Assembly (NCBI GenBank): GCA_965261085.1
Contig: OZ253442.1
Span: forward strand, 3,456,001-3,520,000
Reading direction: 5' to 3'
Length of the DNA: 64,000 nt
Source: a bacterium
GTDB taxonomy: Bacteria > UBA8248
The translations under genes and the position numbers were made by a program. The stretch's first letter is position 1. Every line of letters begins with the position of its first letter. Positions 1 to 9,110 of this stretch are shown one piece after another. The notes beneath the pieces are model-generated. The model was not told where the DNA came from. It saw only the letters and a list, made by a program, of their open reading frames with translations, and did no database searches.

Positions 1-1488
1 GCCCGGTTGGCCGGCTTCCCTTCCCCAGGGCTGAAAATGAAACCGCTCCAACCCCCGGGCCGTCACCACGCCGCCGGGCACAAGAAGCCTAAGAGAATAG
101 TTCAGGCCGCACCCCCCGCGCATGCGGCCTGCTCCCCCGGAATCGGGGTTGAGCCCGTACTGCTCGACCAGGACGGGTATCTCCGACTCCAATACCTCGG
201 TGGGGATGTTCCGGTAGAAACCCGTGGCGAAATCGACTCCTTCCGTGCCGTCGTCGAAGGGCCGCGCGCCCGATCCGCCCACGAGAGGCTGGACGATGCT
301 CACCAGGTTCGTGCCGGTGGAGAAGTCCGGCGCGGACACCAGCATGATGGAACCCTGACCGCAACCCGCGGCGGGCATCCGCTCCCTCCAGGCGTGCGCC
401 AGGGCGCCGAGAACGATATCGGCCACCCGAAAGAACGTGGCCTGCCGGGCGCCGACGGGCGCTCCGGGCTCGGGATTGAGGATGGACCCCCGTGGCGCGT
501 TCACCTTGACGGACCGGACCAGCCCGGAGTTGTACACCATGTCCGGGTGGACGCTCCGCATGAAATTGACCACTCCCATGACCAGGAGGTAGTGACCGTC
601 CGTGCTGTAGGAGGGGACGTTGAACGCCGCCGCCACCTGCGGGTCCGTGCCCTCGAAGTCGAGGAGCATCTCCTCCCCCCGAATCCTCAAGGTGAGGCGT
701 ATCCGGACGTGGCGGCCCTCCGGCATCAGGTCCCCCTCGAGGTAGTCCCAGAACACGTAGTCTCCGTCGGGAACATCTCGAATCAGGGAGCGGGCCTGGG
801 CCTCGGCGTAATCCAGAACGTCGTGGAGGGCGGTCCTCAAGACATCCCCGCCGAACTTCCCGGCGAGGCCGGTCACGCGCAATTCCGCGCGCTTCAGCGC
901 TCCGAGCATGGCCAGTACGTCCCCCCGGTTCTTGTCCGGAATGCGGCTGTTCCTCAGGAATATCCGGAAGATGTCCTCCCTCATTTCGTCTTCGGCGACG
1001 AGCCGGGTCACCGGAATGACCACGCCCTCCTGAAGCTGGTCGACGGCGGAGGGCGCGATGGACCCGGGCGCGAGCCCCCCCACGTCCGTGCAATGGATGA
1101 AGGCGGCCGCGAAGCAGACGAGTTCGCCCTGGTGGTAGATGGGACGCCAGCAGAAGACGTCGAGCAGATGGGTGACCAGGCCCCTGCTTTGCTCCGGGTC
1201 GTTGGTCATCCAGACGTCACCGGGCCGGTAAGGCCCCCCGGCGTCGATAACGGCCTGGAAGTTCTGGCCGACCCCCAGCCAGATCCCCACATCCACGGAG
1301 CAGGCCGCCACCTCCCCTTGGGGCGTCACCAGGGCGACGATGAAATCCTGGGTTTCCTTGACGAAGACGGTATGCCCGCAGCGGGTCAGCAGCTCGCCCA
1401 TCTCCTCAACGACCCCCTGAAACTGGCACCGGAGTATTTCCAGGAGGACGGGGTCGGGCTTCGTTCGAGGCGTGAAGGGTTCGCTCAT
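1..1488 (-). CDS. Hydantoinase B / 5-oxoprolinase family subunit (runs off the window edge)
   Basis: Manual translation from the ATG at 1488: MSEPFTPRTKPDPVLLEILRCQFQGVVEEMGELLTRCGHTVFVKETQDF, a typical HyuB N-terminus. ATGA overlap with the upstream HyuA-like gene. Not in the ORF track because it has no stop inside the window. Confidence 0.85.
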   Translation of the reverse strand, partial: MSEPFTPRTKPDPVLLEILRCQFQGVVEEMGELLTRCGHTVFVKETQDFIVALVTPQGEVAACSVDVGIWLGVGQNFQAVIDAGGPYRPGDVWMTNDPEQSRGLVTHLLDVFCWRPIYHQGELVCFAAAFIHCTDVGGLAPGSIAPSAVDQLQEGVVIPVTRLVAEDEMREDIFRIFLRNSRIPDKNRGDVLAMLGALKRAELRVTGLAGKFGGDVLRTALHDVLDYAEAQARSLIRDVPDGDYVFWDYLEGDLMPEGRHVRIRLTLRIRGEEMLLDFEGTDPQVAAAFNVPSYSTDGHYLLVMGVVNFMRSVHPDMVYNSGLVRSVKVNAPRGSILNPEPGAPVGARQATFFRVADIVLGALAHAWRERMPAAGCGQGSIMLVSAPDFSTGTNLVSIVQPLVGGSGARPFDDGTEGVDFATGFYRNIPTEVLESEIPVLVEQYGLNPDSGGAGRMRGGCGLNYSLRLLVPGGVVTARGLERFHFQPWGREAGQPG

Positions 1489-3506
1489 CCGGCAGCCTCC
1501 GCGTGAAGGTTACCCGACGCGTCGACCCTGAAAGCGAACCCGGGCGTGACGAAAACGGTCGTGTCATACTGAAGAAGTACGGCAGGCCCCGAGAGCCGCA
1601 GACCCGTGGGGATTTGGGCTCTGCGGTAGACGGGAACCGCGAGCCGGTTTCCCTGATACGTCACCTCGCGGGTCTCCACTGGCGACAGTCGGTCCGATTC
1701 GCCAGGCCGGGAGGAGGAGGGGTTGCCGACCACCGGATTCGGCGCCCTGGCGAGCATCCGTATCTGCAGCACCTCGATCGCGGTGTCGGGGTCGCGATAT
1801 CCAAAAGTCTCTTCATATCTGCAGTGGAAGGCCTCTTGAGAGTCCCCGTTACGGTTAAGTCCCACCATGATCTCGAAGGATTGACCCTTGTAGCGCATAT
1901 CCGCGCTCCGCTCGTACTCCGCCGTCCCGGGCTCCAAACCCTGGTCGAAGAGCCACCTCCGGGCGATTTCCTCCATCTCCGAGAACATCTCTTCCATCCC
2001 CTCCTCATCCGACAAGTCGGTGCGTACGCTGCGGACAAAATCCATCTGGACGTCCGACACGGCCGCTCCCACCGCGCACATCGCCCCCGGCGCAGGGGGG
2101 ATGATGAGCCTTTGAATGCCCGCCTCGGCCGCCAGCAGGAAGGCATGAGTGGGGCCGGCGCCCCCGTAAGCCTGGAGGCTGTATTCGCGGTGGTCCACCC
2201 CGTAGCGCGCGATCATCGGCAGAAAAGAGGCGACCATATTCGCCGTTGCGACCCGCAGGACGGCTTCGGCCGCCTGGATCATCCCCATCCCAAGGGCTTC
2301 GCCCAACTCGCCGATGGCGTCTTCCGATCGAGCCCGGGAAAGCGTCATTCGACCGCCCAGCAGGTCATTCTCGCCCAATACGCCCGTGATGAGGTAGGCG
2401 TCCGTAACGGTCGGCTCCCGACCGCCGCGGTCGTAGCACGCCGGTCCGGGATCGGCCCCCGCCGAGCGAGGGCCCACCTTCAAAACCCCGTGAGCGTCGA
2501 CCCACGCGATCGATCCGCCTCCCGCGCCGATGGTCTCGATGGCGACGGCCGGAAGGAATAGCGGAAAATCCCCGATCATGCTCTCCAAGCTGACGCGGGG
2601 CCGGCCGTCGATGAGGGACATGTCGGCGCTGGTCCCTCCCATATCCAGGGTGAAGAGCCTGGCCTCGCCGGATTCCCGCGCGGACTTGGCGGCCGCCATC
2701 ACTCCCGAAGCAGGTCCTGAGAGCATCGTCCGCACAGGTATCCGCGCCGCTTCGCCGATGGAAACCGTCCCGCCGTTTGATTGGGTGATCAGAACCGGAC
2801 AGCCGATCTCCATCGCCCGCAGGCCTTCCTCCAGCCGCCGGTAGTAGGAACGCATGGTGGACCCGATGTAGGCGTTCATCACGCAAACAAGAGTCCGCTC
2901 ATATTCCCGCTGCTGGGGCCACGTCTCCCAGGACGCGCAGACGAAGAGATCGGGCCAACGCTCGGCGATGACCGATTGGGCTTCGCGCTCATGGACCGGA
3001 TTGATGTAGGAATGCAGAAAGCTGACGGCCACGGCAGAGACGCCCGCGCCAAGGAGTTCCTCGACCCCTTGCGCCACGGAATCCGGCTTGAGCGGGCGCA
3101 GGACGGTCCCGTCCGCGCCGATTCGCCCCCGCACCTCCCGGACATGGGCCCGGCGAACCAGTGGCACAGGCCTTGCGGCTTCGAAGCTGGGCGCATCGGG
3201 AAGCCGGGTTCGACGAATCTCCAGGACGTCCCGAAACCCTTCCGTGATCAAAAGCCCGGTCGGTTCTCCTGTGCGCTGAATGATCGTGTTGACCGCCAGG
3301 GTGGACCCTGCGCCGAAGTAGACGACGTCCGCAGGGTCCAGGCCTTCGCCCCGTAGTCCTTCCCGCACCCCGTCCAGCACACCGGAAACCGGCTCGTCGA
3401 CGATCGTGGGAACCTTGTAGACGCCGACCCGGCCCGTCGACTCCTCCACCAGGGCGATGTCCGTAAAGGTGCCTCCTACGTCCACGCCGACCCGCCAGCC
3501 GCTCAA
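1485..3506 (-). CDS. Hydantoinase A / oxoprolinase family protein
   Basis: Motifs GVDVGGTFTD, SGPASGV, DMGGTSAD, IGAGGGSIAW and GPRSAGADPGPACY. Confidence 0.93.
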   Translation of the reverse strand: MSGWRVGVDVGGTFTDIALVEESTGRVGVYKVPTIVDEPVSGVLDGVREGLRGEGLDPADVVYFGAGSTLAVNTIIQRTGEPTGLLITEGFRDVLEIRRTRLPDAPSFEAARPVPLVRRAHVREVRGRIGADGTVLRPLKPDSVAQGVEELLGAGVSAVAVSFLHSYINPVHEREAQSVIAERWPDLFVCASWETWPQQREYERTLVCVMNAYIGSTMRSYYRRLEEGLRAMEIGCPVLITQSNGGTVSIGEAARIPVRTMLSGPASGVMAAAKSARESGEARLFTLDMGGTSADMSLIDGRPRVSLESMIGDFPLFLPAVAIETIGAGGGSIAWVDAHGVLKVGPRSAGADPGPACYDRGGREPTVTDAYLITGVLGENDLLGGRMTLSRARSEDAIGELGEALGMGMIQAAEAVLRVATANMVASFLPMIARYGVDHREYSLQAYGGAGPTHAFLLAAEAGIQRLIIPPAPGAMCAVGAAVSDVQMDFVRSVRTDLSDEEGMEEMFSEMEEIARRWLFDQGLEPGTAEYERSADMRYKGQSFEIMVGLNRNGDSQEAFHCRYEETFGYRDPDTAIEVLQIRMLARAPNPVVGNPSSSRPGESDRLSPVETREVTYQGNRLAVPVYRRAQIPTGLRLSGPAVLLQYDTTVFVTPGFAFRVDASGNLHAEAAG

Positions 3507-3930
3507 TGGCGCCTCCTTCTTACGTCATGGCCGGGAATCCCCGATATCCGGTCCCCCGTTCGGCCTTCCCGGGTAATCTTGATAGCCAGTCGGATCAGTA
3601 GTCGAGTAATCCCGTCACTCCTGTCTTCAGGATTACGCGCGCGTTGATCCACAGAATTTCGCCGGATGACGCGGCAGTATATTCCATACTCGACACGGGA
3701 GAAACCAAGGCCTAAGCGCTCTCATTTCAGGAGACGAAATCAAAGGATCACTGTTACGGATGCGGCCCCCACAATGTGAAGGGGTTTCGGATCAAGAACT
3801 GTCGGGATATGGGAGGAGTCGACGGGCATGGTGGGCGCGGACTACGAATCGGGGCAGGTGTTGATCGGCGCGCCTCTTGCCGGGATGCGCAGGCGTTGTA
3901 GCGGAGCCGAAGCGTCGTTGCCGCCGCGCC

Positions 3931-5010
3931 TCAAATTAGCGTCGCGCCCGTCCCGGGGTCGAAAGCGTGGACACGCTTCGGGTCGGGGCTGAGGCGGACG
4001 CGCTCGCCCTGGCTCACCCGGACGCTGGGCTCCACCCGCACGGTGAGGGACTCGCCTCCCACGCTCAGGTCGAGGAAGATGTCCGATCCCACCGGCTCGA
4101 TGATCTCGACCGCGCCCTCGATCCCGCCCTCGCTGTCGAGGCGCATGTCTTCGGGCCGGATCCCTAATACGACTTCCCCGCCCTCGCGTCCATCGAGCCT
4201 GCTCGCGCGCTCCATAGGCAGGGGAACCCGGAAGCCGCTGCCTTCGAGGATCGCCCGCCCCTCCTCGACGCGCACCGTGGCGGAGAGGAAGTTCATCGAG
4301 GGGCTCCCGATGAAGCCCGCCACGAAGTGGTTCGCCGGGCTCTGGTAGATCTCCATCGGGGAGGCGACCTGCTGGATGGCCCCGTTGTGCATGACCACGA
4401 TTCGGTCCCCCATGGTCATGGCCTCGACCTGATCGTGGGTGACGTAGACCGAGGTGGCGGCGAGGTGCTGGTGGAGCTTGAGGATTTCCACCCGGGTCTG
4501 GACGCGCAGCTTGGCATCGAGGTTCGAGAGCGGCTCGTCGAAGAGGAAGACGCGCGGGTCGCGCACGATGGCGCGCCCGAGCGCGACCCGCTGGCGCTGG
4601 CCTCCGGAGAGCTTGCCCGGGTAGCGCCCGAGCAGGGACTCGATGTCCAGGATATCGGCGGCGCTCTTGACCCTGCGCTCGATCTCCTCCTTGGCGACCT
4701 TGCGCATCTTCAGCCCGAAGGCCATGTTCTTGTAGACGCTCATGTGGGGGTAGAGCGCGTAGTTCTGGAACACCATGGCGATGTCGCGGTCGCGCGGGTG
4801 CACATCGTTCAGCACGCGGCCGTCGAGTAGGATGCGTCCGCTCGTGATCTCCTCCAGACCGGCGATCATCCGCAGGGTGGTGGTCTTGCCGCACCCCGAG
4901 GGCCCCAGGAGCACCACGAACTCCCCGTCATGGATTGTGAGGTTCACCTCCCGGACCGCGGTCACTTCGTCGAACTTCTTGGTGAGGTCCTCGAGCAACA
5001 CCTCCCCCAT
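3931..5010 (-). CDS. Carbohydrate (CUT1) ABC transporter ATP-binding protein, MalK/UgpC-like
   Basis: Walker A GPSGCGKTT, VFQNYALYPHM, LSGGQRQR, DEPLSNLDAKLR and a C-terminal TOBE-like region. Confidence 0.95.
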   Translation of the reverse strand: MGEVLLEDLTKKFDEVTAVREVNLTIHDGEFVVLLGPSGCGKTTTLRMIAGLEEITSGRILLDGRVLNDVHPRDRDIAMVFQNYALYPHMSVYKNMAFGLKMRKVAKEEIERRVKSAADILDIESLLGRYPGKLSGGQRQRVALGRAIVRDPRVFLFDEPLSNLDAKLRVQTRVEILKLHQHLAATSVYVTHDQVEAMTMGDRIVVMHNGAIQQVASPMEIYQSPANHFVAGFIGSPSMNFLSATVRVEEGRAILEGSGFRVPLPMERASRLDGREGGEVVLGIRPEDMRLDSEGGIEGAVEIIEPVGSDIFLDLSVGGESLTVRVEPSVRVSQGERVRLSPDPKRVHAFDPGTGATLI

Positions 5011-5144
5011 TTCGAACTCCCCTCTTTACAAGAAGCGCGGTGGACGCCCGCGTGGAACGGCTTCCCCTCATGGGGCCGGTAGGCGGGTCTCCGCGTGCTT
5101 GACGGCTTGAGTCAATCTTAACAAAATCAGGCGCCTCATACTCC

Positions 5145-5978
5145 TCACTCCTTGAGGCCGGTGAGAGTGATACCGCGGACGAAGGCGCGCTGGAAGAACA
5201 AGAATATGAACGCCGCCGGGATCATCCCCAAGACCGCGAGCGCCATAATTTCATGATAGGCGGCCGAATCGATGCCCTCCATCTGGGCAAGGCCGAGCGG
5301 GAAGGTCTTCAAGGCGTCGCTCGTCGCCACGATGAACGGCCAGAGGAACTGGTCCCAGTTGTCACGGAAGGTGAGCAGCGCCAGCGCACCCAGCGCGGCC
5401 TTGCAGTTGGGAAGAATAATGCGCCAAAAGATGCCGAACTCGCTGCATCCGTCCAGCCGCGCCGCCTCGATGAGGGAGTCCGGAAGATCCTTGATGGACT
5501 GGCGCATGAGAAAGACGCCAAAAGCATCCACCGCCAATGGAGCAATGAGTCCGCCATAGGTATTTACGAGGCCTAACTCTCGCACCACGAGGAAAGTGGG
5601 CACCAGCACGATCTCCAGCGGAAGCATCAGAGTGCTCAGGATGAAACGGAAGCACAACTCCCGGTGAGGGAAGCGGAACTTGGCCAGACCGTAGCCCGCC
5701 AGGGTGCAGAAAACGAGATTCCCCGCCATGACCGCCAAAGCCACGATGACGCTGTTGAAGAAATAGATCCCGAAATCCCCTCGGGTAAGGGCATCGGGGT
5801 AGTTTTTCCACTGGATAACATTCGGTATCCATTGGATGGGGAGATCGAAAACCTCGGCCCCCGTCTTGAGGGAGGAGGAGACCATCCAGAAATAGGGGAG
5901 GAGCATTACCCCGACTCCCAGAACAGTGAGCAGGGAAATGAGACCACCTCCCCAGCGGAGCAGCGTCCTTCGGCTCAT
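5145..5978 (-). CDS. Carbohydrate ABC transporter permease (MalG-like)
   Basis: Hydrophobic helices and the EAA loop (LIEAARLDGCS). Confidence 0.92.
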   Translation of the reverse strand: MSRRTLLRWGGGLISLLTVLGVGVMLLPYFWMVSSSLKTGAEVFDLPIQWIPNVIQWKNYPDALTRGDFGIYFFNSVIVALAVMAGNLVFCTLAGYGLAKFRFPHRELCFRFILSTLMLPLEIVLVPTFLVVRELGLVNTYGGLIAPLAVDAFGVFLMRQSIKDLPDSLIEAARLDGCSEFGIFWRIILPNCKAALGALALLTFRDNWDQFLWPFIVATSDALKTFPLGLAQMEGIDSAAYHEIMALAVLGMIPAAFIFLFFQRAFVRGITLTGLKE

Positions 5979-6916
5979 TCCACCCCTCCCCGGCGCAGAA
6001 GCCGCAGTTGAATCAGAGTCAGGCCGAAAAGAAAGACAAAGAGGACCGTCGAAGCTGCGGCGGCCTCACCCATTCGGAAGAAGGCGAATCCCGTTTCATA
6101 GATGAAGTAGGGAAGCACCCGGGTTGTTCCATTGGGGCCGCCTTCGGTCATGACCATAGGGTTCAGGAACACCTTTACGGCCGAGAGAAGAGACAAGACC
6201 ATGACGAAGAGTATCGTGGGAAGAAGGAGGGGGATCGTCACGTAAATGAAGCGCTGGAACACTCCCGCGCCATCGATTATGGCCGCCTCGTAGTATTCTT
6301 TCGGGATGGCCTGGAGGCCCGCCAGGTAAATCACGCCGAAGAGCGGGATGCCCCGCCATATGCCGATGGCGATGAGGGCGGGCAGCGCCGACTCCTCCAT
6401 CGAGAGCCAGTTGATGCGGTCGATTCCGAAGGTCTCCAGGATGGTGTTCACCAATCCGTAGGGGTGGTACATGAACTTCCACACCATGGCCACCACGATT
6501 TGCGACATCGCGATTGGGAAGAAGTACGCCAAACGGATGACCGACTGCCCCGGCATCCTTCGGTTCAGAAGGAGGGCCAAGGCCAGTGCGAAGAACCACT
6601 CCGGGACGGAGACCCCGACCATGTACTTGACCGAAACCCAGAAGGACTGATGGAAGAGCGGGTTCTCCCAGAGGAGGTTGTAGTTCTTGAGTCCGGTGAA
6701 TACGGGCGGGCTCATGAGGTCGTAACGGTAGAAGCTCAACCGGAAGGCCTGGAACATGGGATAGAACTTGAAGATTACAAGATGAATGAGCGCCGGAAGA
6801 ACAAAAAAGAACCCCGCCCAGCGGAGGCGGCTGTGGAGGGAGCGTTTCCCCCCCCCAGCCACCATCCGCCGCATTATCGAAGGTAAAGCACGACCGACTC
6901 CGATCTTTCGATCCAT
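5975..6916 (-). CDS. Carbohydrate ABC transporter permease (MalF-like)
   Basis: EAA motif YLAGLQAIPKEYYEAAIIDGA; MTEGGP. Confidence 0.92.
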   Translation of the reverse strand: MDRKIGVGRALPSIMRRMVAGGGKRSLHSRLRWAGFFFVLPALIHLVIFKFYPMFQAFRLSFYRYDLMSPPVFTGLKNYNLLWENPLFHQSFWVSVKYMVGVSVPEWFFALALALLLNRRMPGQSVIRLAYFFPIAMSQIVVAMVWKFMYHPYGLVNTILETFGIDRINWLSMEESALPALIAIGIWRGIPLFGVIYLAGLQAIPKEYYEAAIIDGAGVFQRFIYVTIPLLLPTILFVMVLSLLSAVKVFLNPMVMTEGGPNGTTRVLPYFIYETGFAFFRMGEAAAASTVLFVFLFGLTLIQLRLLRRGGVE

Positions 6917-6927
6917 CGGTTCTCCGC

Positions 6928-8211
6928 CTAACGCTTGGCCAGCGCCGCGTCGATCTCCTTACACGCCCTGTCGAGCGATTTTTTGGAGTCGGCCTTCCTC
7001 AAGACCACGCGTTCCATGGCCCGGTGAATGGCCTGGTTGATCTCGATGATCTTGGCGGAGCGCTGGACATAGCGCCCGTTCGAGATGTCATTTACGAACA
7101 CGTCCAGGTAGCGTGTCTTGCGCGCCTCTTCCATCCCGGGAAGGTTAAGGAAATTTTTGTCGGGATGGGGGTAGGCCGTGCTCTCATACCAAGTCTTGGG
7201 GTCCTTGACGACGTGCTTGATCACATCGTGCACCAGCCGCTGCTTCGCCTCGGAAATATGGGGATTCACCGCGAGGGCGAAACCGTAAATCGGCGTCACG
7301 CGCTTTTTGGGATCCACCTGCGGGAAGGGCACCACCTTCACGTATTTCATCACCTTGGGGCCAAATTGCGCCACACTGCCTGCGTGGGTGATGAACATGG
7401 AGACGCGCCCCTTGGGCAGATCGTCCGCCGGGAGGGCGTTTGTGCCCAGGCTTACGGTGGGGTCCGAAGCCTTGTAGTGGTGCGCAATCCTGGCCCGGAC
7501 ATTCATGGCCTTAACACCCGCCTCGCTGTTGGCCGTGCACTTTTTCCCGGAGGCGTCGAGGACTTCTCCCCCGTATTGCCGGATGGTCGTGTTGAAGTAC
7601 CACATCGTCCAGGTGGAGGAGTGCATGGCGAAATCGAAGCCCTCACGCACCATCCTTTTACCCTTCATTTTCACCAGCTTTTTCCCGATGCTGCCAACGT
7701 CTTCCCAGGTGCGCGGATAATCCTTGTCCGGGTCCAGGCCCACCTCCCGGAAGTGGTTCTTGTTGATGAAGAGGCTGAAGACGGAAGAGATAGGAGGGAC
7801 GGCGTAGAGCTTTCCTTCATGGATGTAGCCGTCCAGCGCCCCCGACAGGTAGGCCTTCTTCATGTCCTCGAGGTCCTTGTAGCCGAGCCACTCGGGATGA
7901 ATGGGCGAGAGGACGTTCTTCGTGGTGAAGCCGGGCAGAAGGGTGTCGATGACCGTGAACATGTCGGCCGCCGAGCGCGTGGAAAGCGCGGCCGTGAGTT
8001 TCTGGAAGTAGGGGGTCATCGCGAAAAAATCATACTGCAGGGGATTTTTGGGGTGCATCTTGTTCCATTCCGCCACCAGCTTCTTTGAGTAATTGTTGTG
8101 CGGCGGGTTGCTGTGTTCCCACCAGGTGAGCCTTTGCTGGGCGAAAGCCGGGCTCAAGAGAAGCGCCGTCAGCAAACCGACCAAAAGATGAGTCATGAGA
8201 AAGCGTCGCAT
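6928..8211 (-). CDS. ABC transporter extracellular solute-binding protein (sugar family)
   Basis: Signal peptide MRRFLMTHLLVGLLTALLLSPAFA (start set at 8211); SBP family 1-like motifs; first gene of the CUT1 operon. Confidence 0.88.
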   Translation of the reverse strand: MRRFLMTHLLVGLLTALLLSPAFAQQRLTWWEHSNPPHNNYSKKLVAEWNKMHPKNPLQYDFFAMTPYFQKLTAALSTRSAADMFTVIDTLLPGFTTKNVLSPIHPEWLGYKDLEDMKKAYLSGALDGYIHEGKLYAVPPISSVFSLFINKNHFREVGLDPDKDYPRTWEDVGSIGKKLVKMKGKRMVREGFDFAMHSSTWTMWYFNTTIRQYGGEVLDASGKKCTANSEAGVKAMNVRARIAHHYKASDPTVSLGTNALPADDLPKGRVSMFITHAGSVAQFGPKVMKYVKVVPFPQVDPKKRVTPIYGFALAVNPHISEAKQRLVHDVIKHVVKDPKTWYESTAYPHPDKNFLNLPGMEEARKTRYLDVFVNDISNGRYVQRSAKIIEINQAIHRAMERVVLRKADSKKSLDRACKEIDAALAKR

Positions 8212-8701
8212 GGTTTTCCCTCCCGGTCCGTCTGCTTTAAGCAGCGGACCTATTGAATATCCCGGGCGCATCCTATGTCTCAGGATGCGCCGGAACCGAA
8301 TGAGCGCTGCAGAAGCACGTCACAGGACTCCACGACAACCACTATTTTCCTTTGTAGCTTGAATGAAAACACCCTAACATCAAATACCATTCGAGGTCAA
8401 AATTCTCTTGTGAATATCCGCGTATTGAAAATGGACCGTCGGCGAGCGCCCTGCCAGAAGCCCCTCTCCTCACGCGCAGAGAACCACGCATTTCCCCGCA
8501 GGAGCGCGTTCTGTGTGGGTGTATCGTCCCTCTGCTCGACGCGCGGCCTTCGTTCTTGAAACCGCGCATCACCGAGCCGGAAATCGGCCCGCTCGAAGAT
8601 CCCGTATCGCGCTATCCGGGCGTGAGGGAAAGGGAGTCATCGGGGCGGGTGCCGGGCGGCGAAATCGAGGCTTAATCACTCCTGAACAATACTGAAAAAT
8701 A

Positions 8702-8743
8702 CGATAAATTCACGGTGTTTTTCGATAAATTAACGGTGTTTTT
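8702..8743 (+). repeat. Two tandem 21-bp direct repeats (CGATAAATTMACGGTGTTTTT)
   Basis: 8702-8722 cgataaattcacggtgttttt and 8723-8743 cgataaattaacggtgttttt; a related inverted copy lies at 25547-25575. Confidence 0.85.
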
Positions 8744-8925
8744 CTGAACGCATCGAGGGCGTTTTCCGAGCGTTTTTTACGCGATATCGCCGCGCCGGCC
8801 GGTGGCCCCACTCTCAAGATTCAGGCGTCCCGGCGCTCGCTCGCAGGGCGCGTCGCCGCCCCCGAAAACGAGACGGTGGGGGATAACCGGGCGGTTTTCA
8901 GCCCTCTTTCCCCTTCTTGCGGCGC

Positions 8926-8990
8926 TTATCCACAGAAATACACAACATTTGGGGATAAGGTGTGGGTAAGTGCATATATTTTGTGTATAT
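8926..8990. promoter_or_regulatory. Cluster of DnaA boxes upstream of nrdJ
   Basis: Perfect TTATCCACA at 8926-8934; near-consensus reverse copies TGGGGATAA (8950-8958), TGTGGGTAA (8961-8969) and TGTGTATAT (8982-8990). Confidence 0.6.
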
Positions 8991-9004
8991 CGATTTTTTT
9001 TGTA

Positions 9005-9073
9005 TTGACAGAGGGGAGCAAAGCATACTACATTTAGTGTTGTAGTTTGATTTCAGCATACTAAATATGTCCC
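9005..9073 (+). promoter_or_regulatory. nrdJ sigma70-type promoter with NrdR boxes
   Basis: -35 TTGACA (9005-9010) and -10-like TACATT (9029-9034). ATACTACATTTAGTGT (9025-9040) matches the NrdR consensus acaCwAtATaTwGtgt. Weaker boxes at 9058-9073 and 8940-8955. Confidence 0.7.
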
Positions 9074-9110
9074 CGGCATAGCGGGACGCCCTTAGCGGAG
9101 GAGACAGGAA

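Noticed and set aside
7-1506. 499-aa plus-strand ORF and other long antisense or alternative-frame ORFs (e.g. 1503-2561, 3842-4894, 7024-8088, 54761-56536)
   Set aside because: Shadow ORFs of GC-rich genes with clear family motifs on the other strand or frame; they have no recognisable motifs of their own.
8680-9070. Chromosomal replication origin
   Set aside because: DnaA boxes and AT-rich repeats are present, but there is no dnaA/dnaN/gidA context and nrd promoter regulation explains the boxes; not fully excluded without GC skew.
8760-9110. Cobalamin riboswitch upstream of nrdJ
   Set aside because: No B12-box or conserved core was recognisable, and the leader after the predicted promoter is too short.
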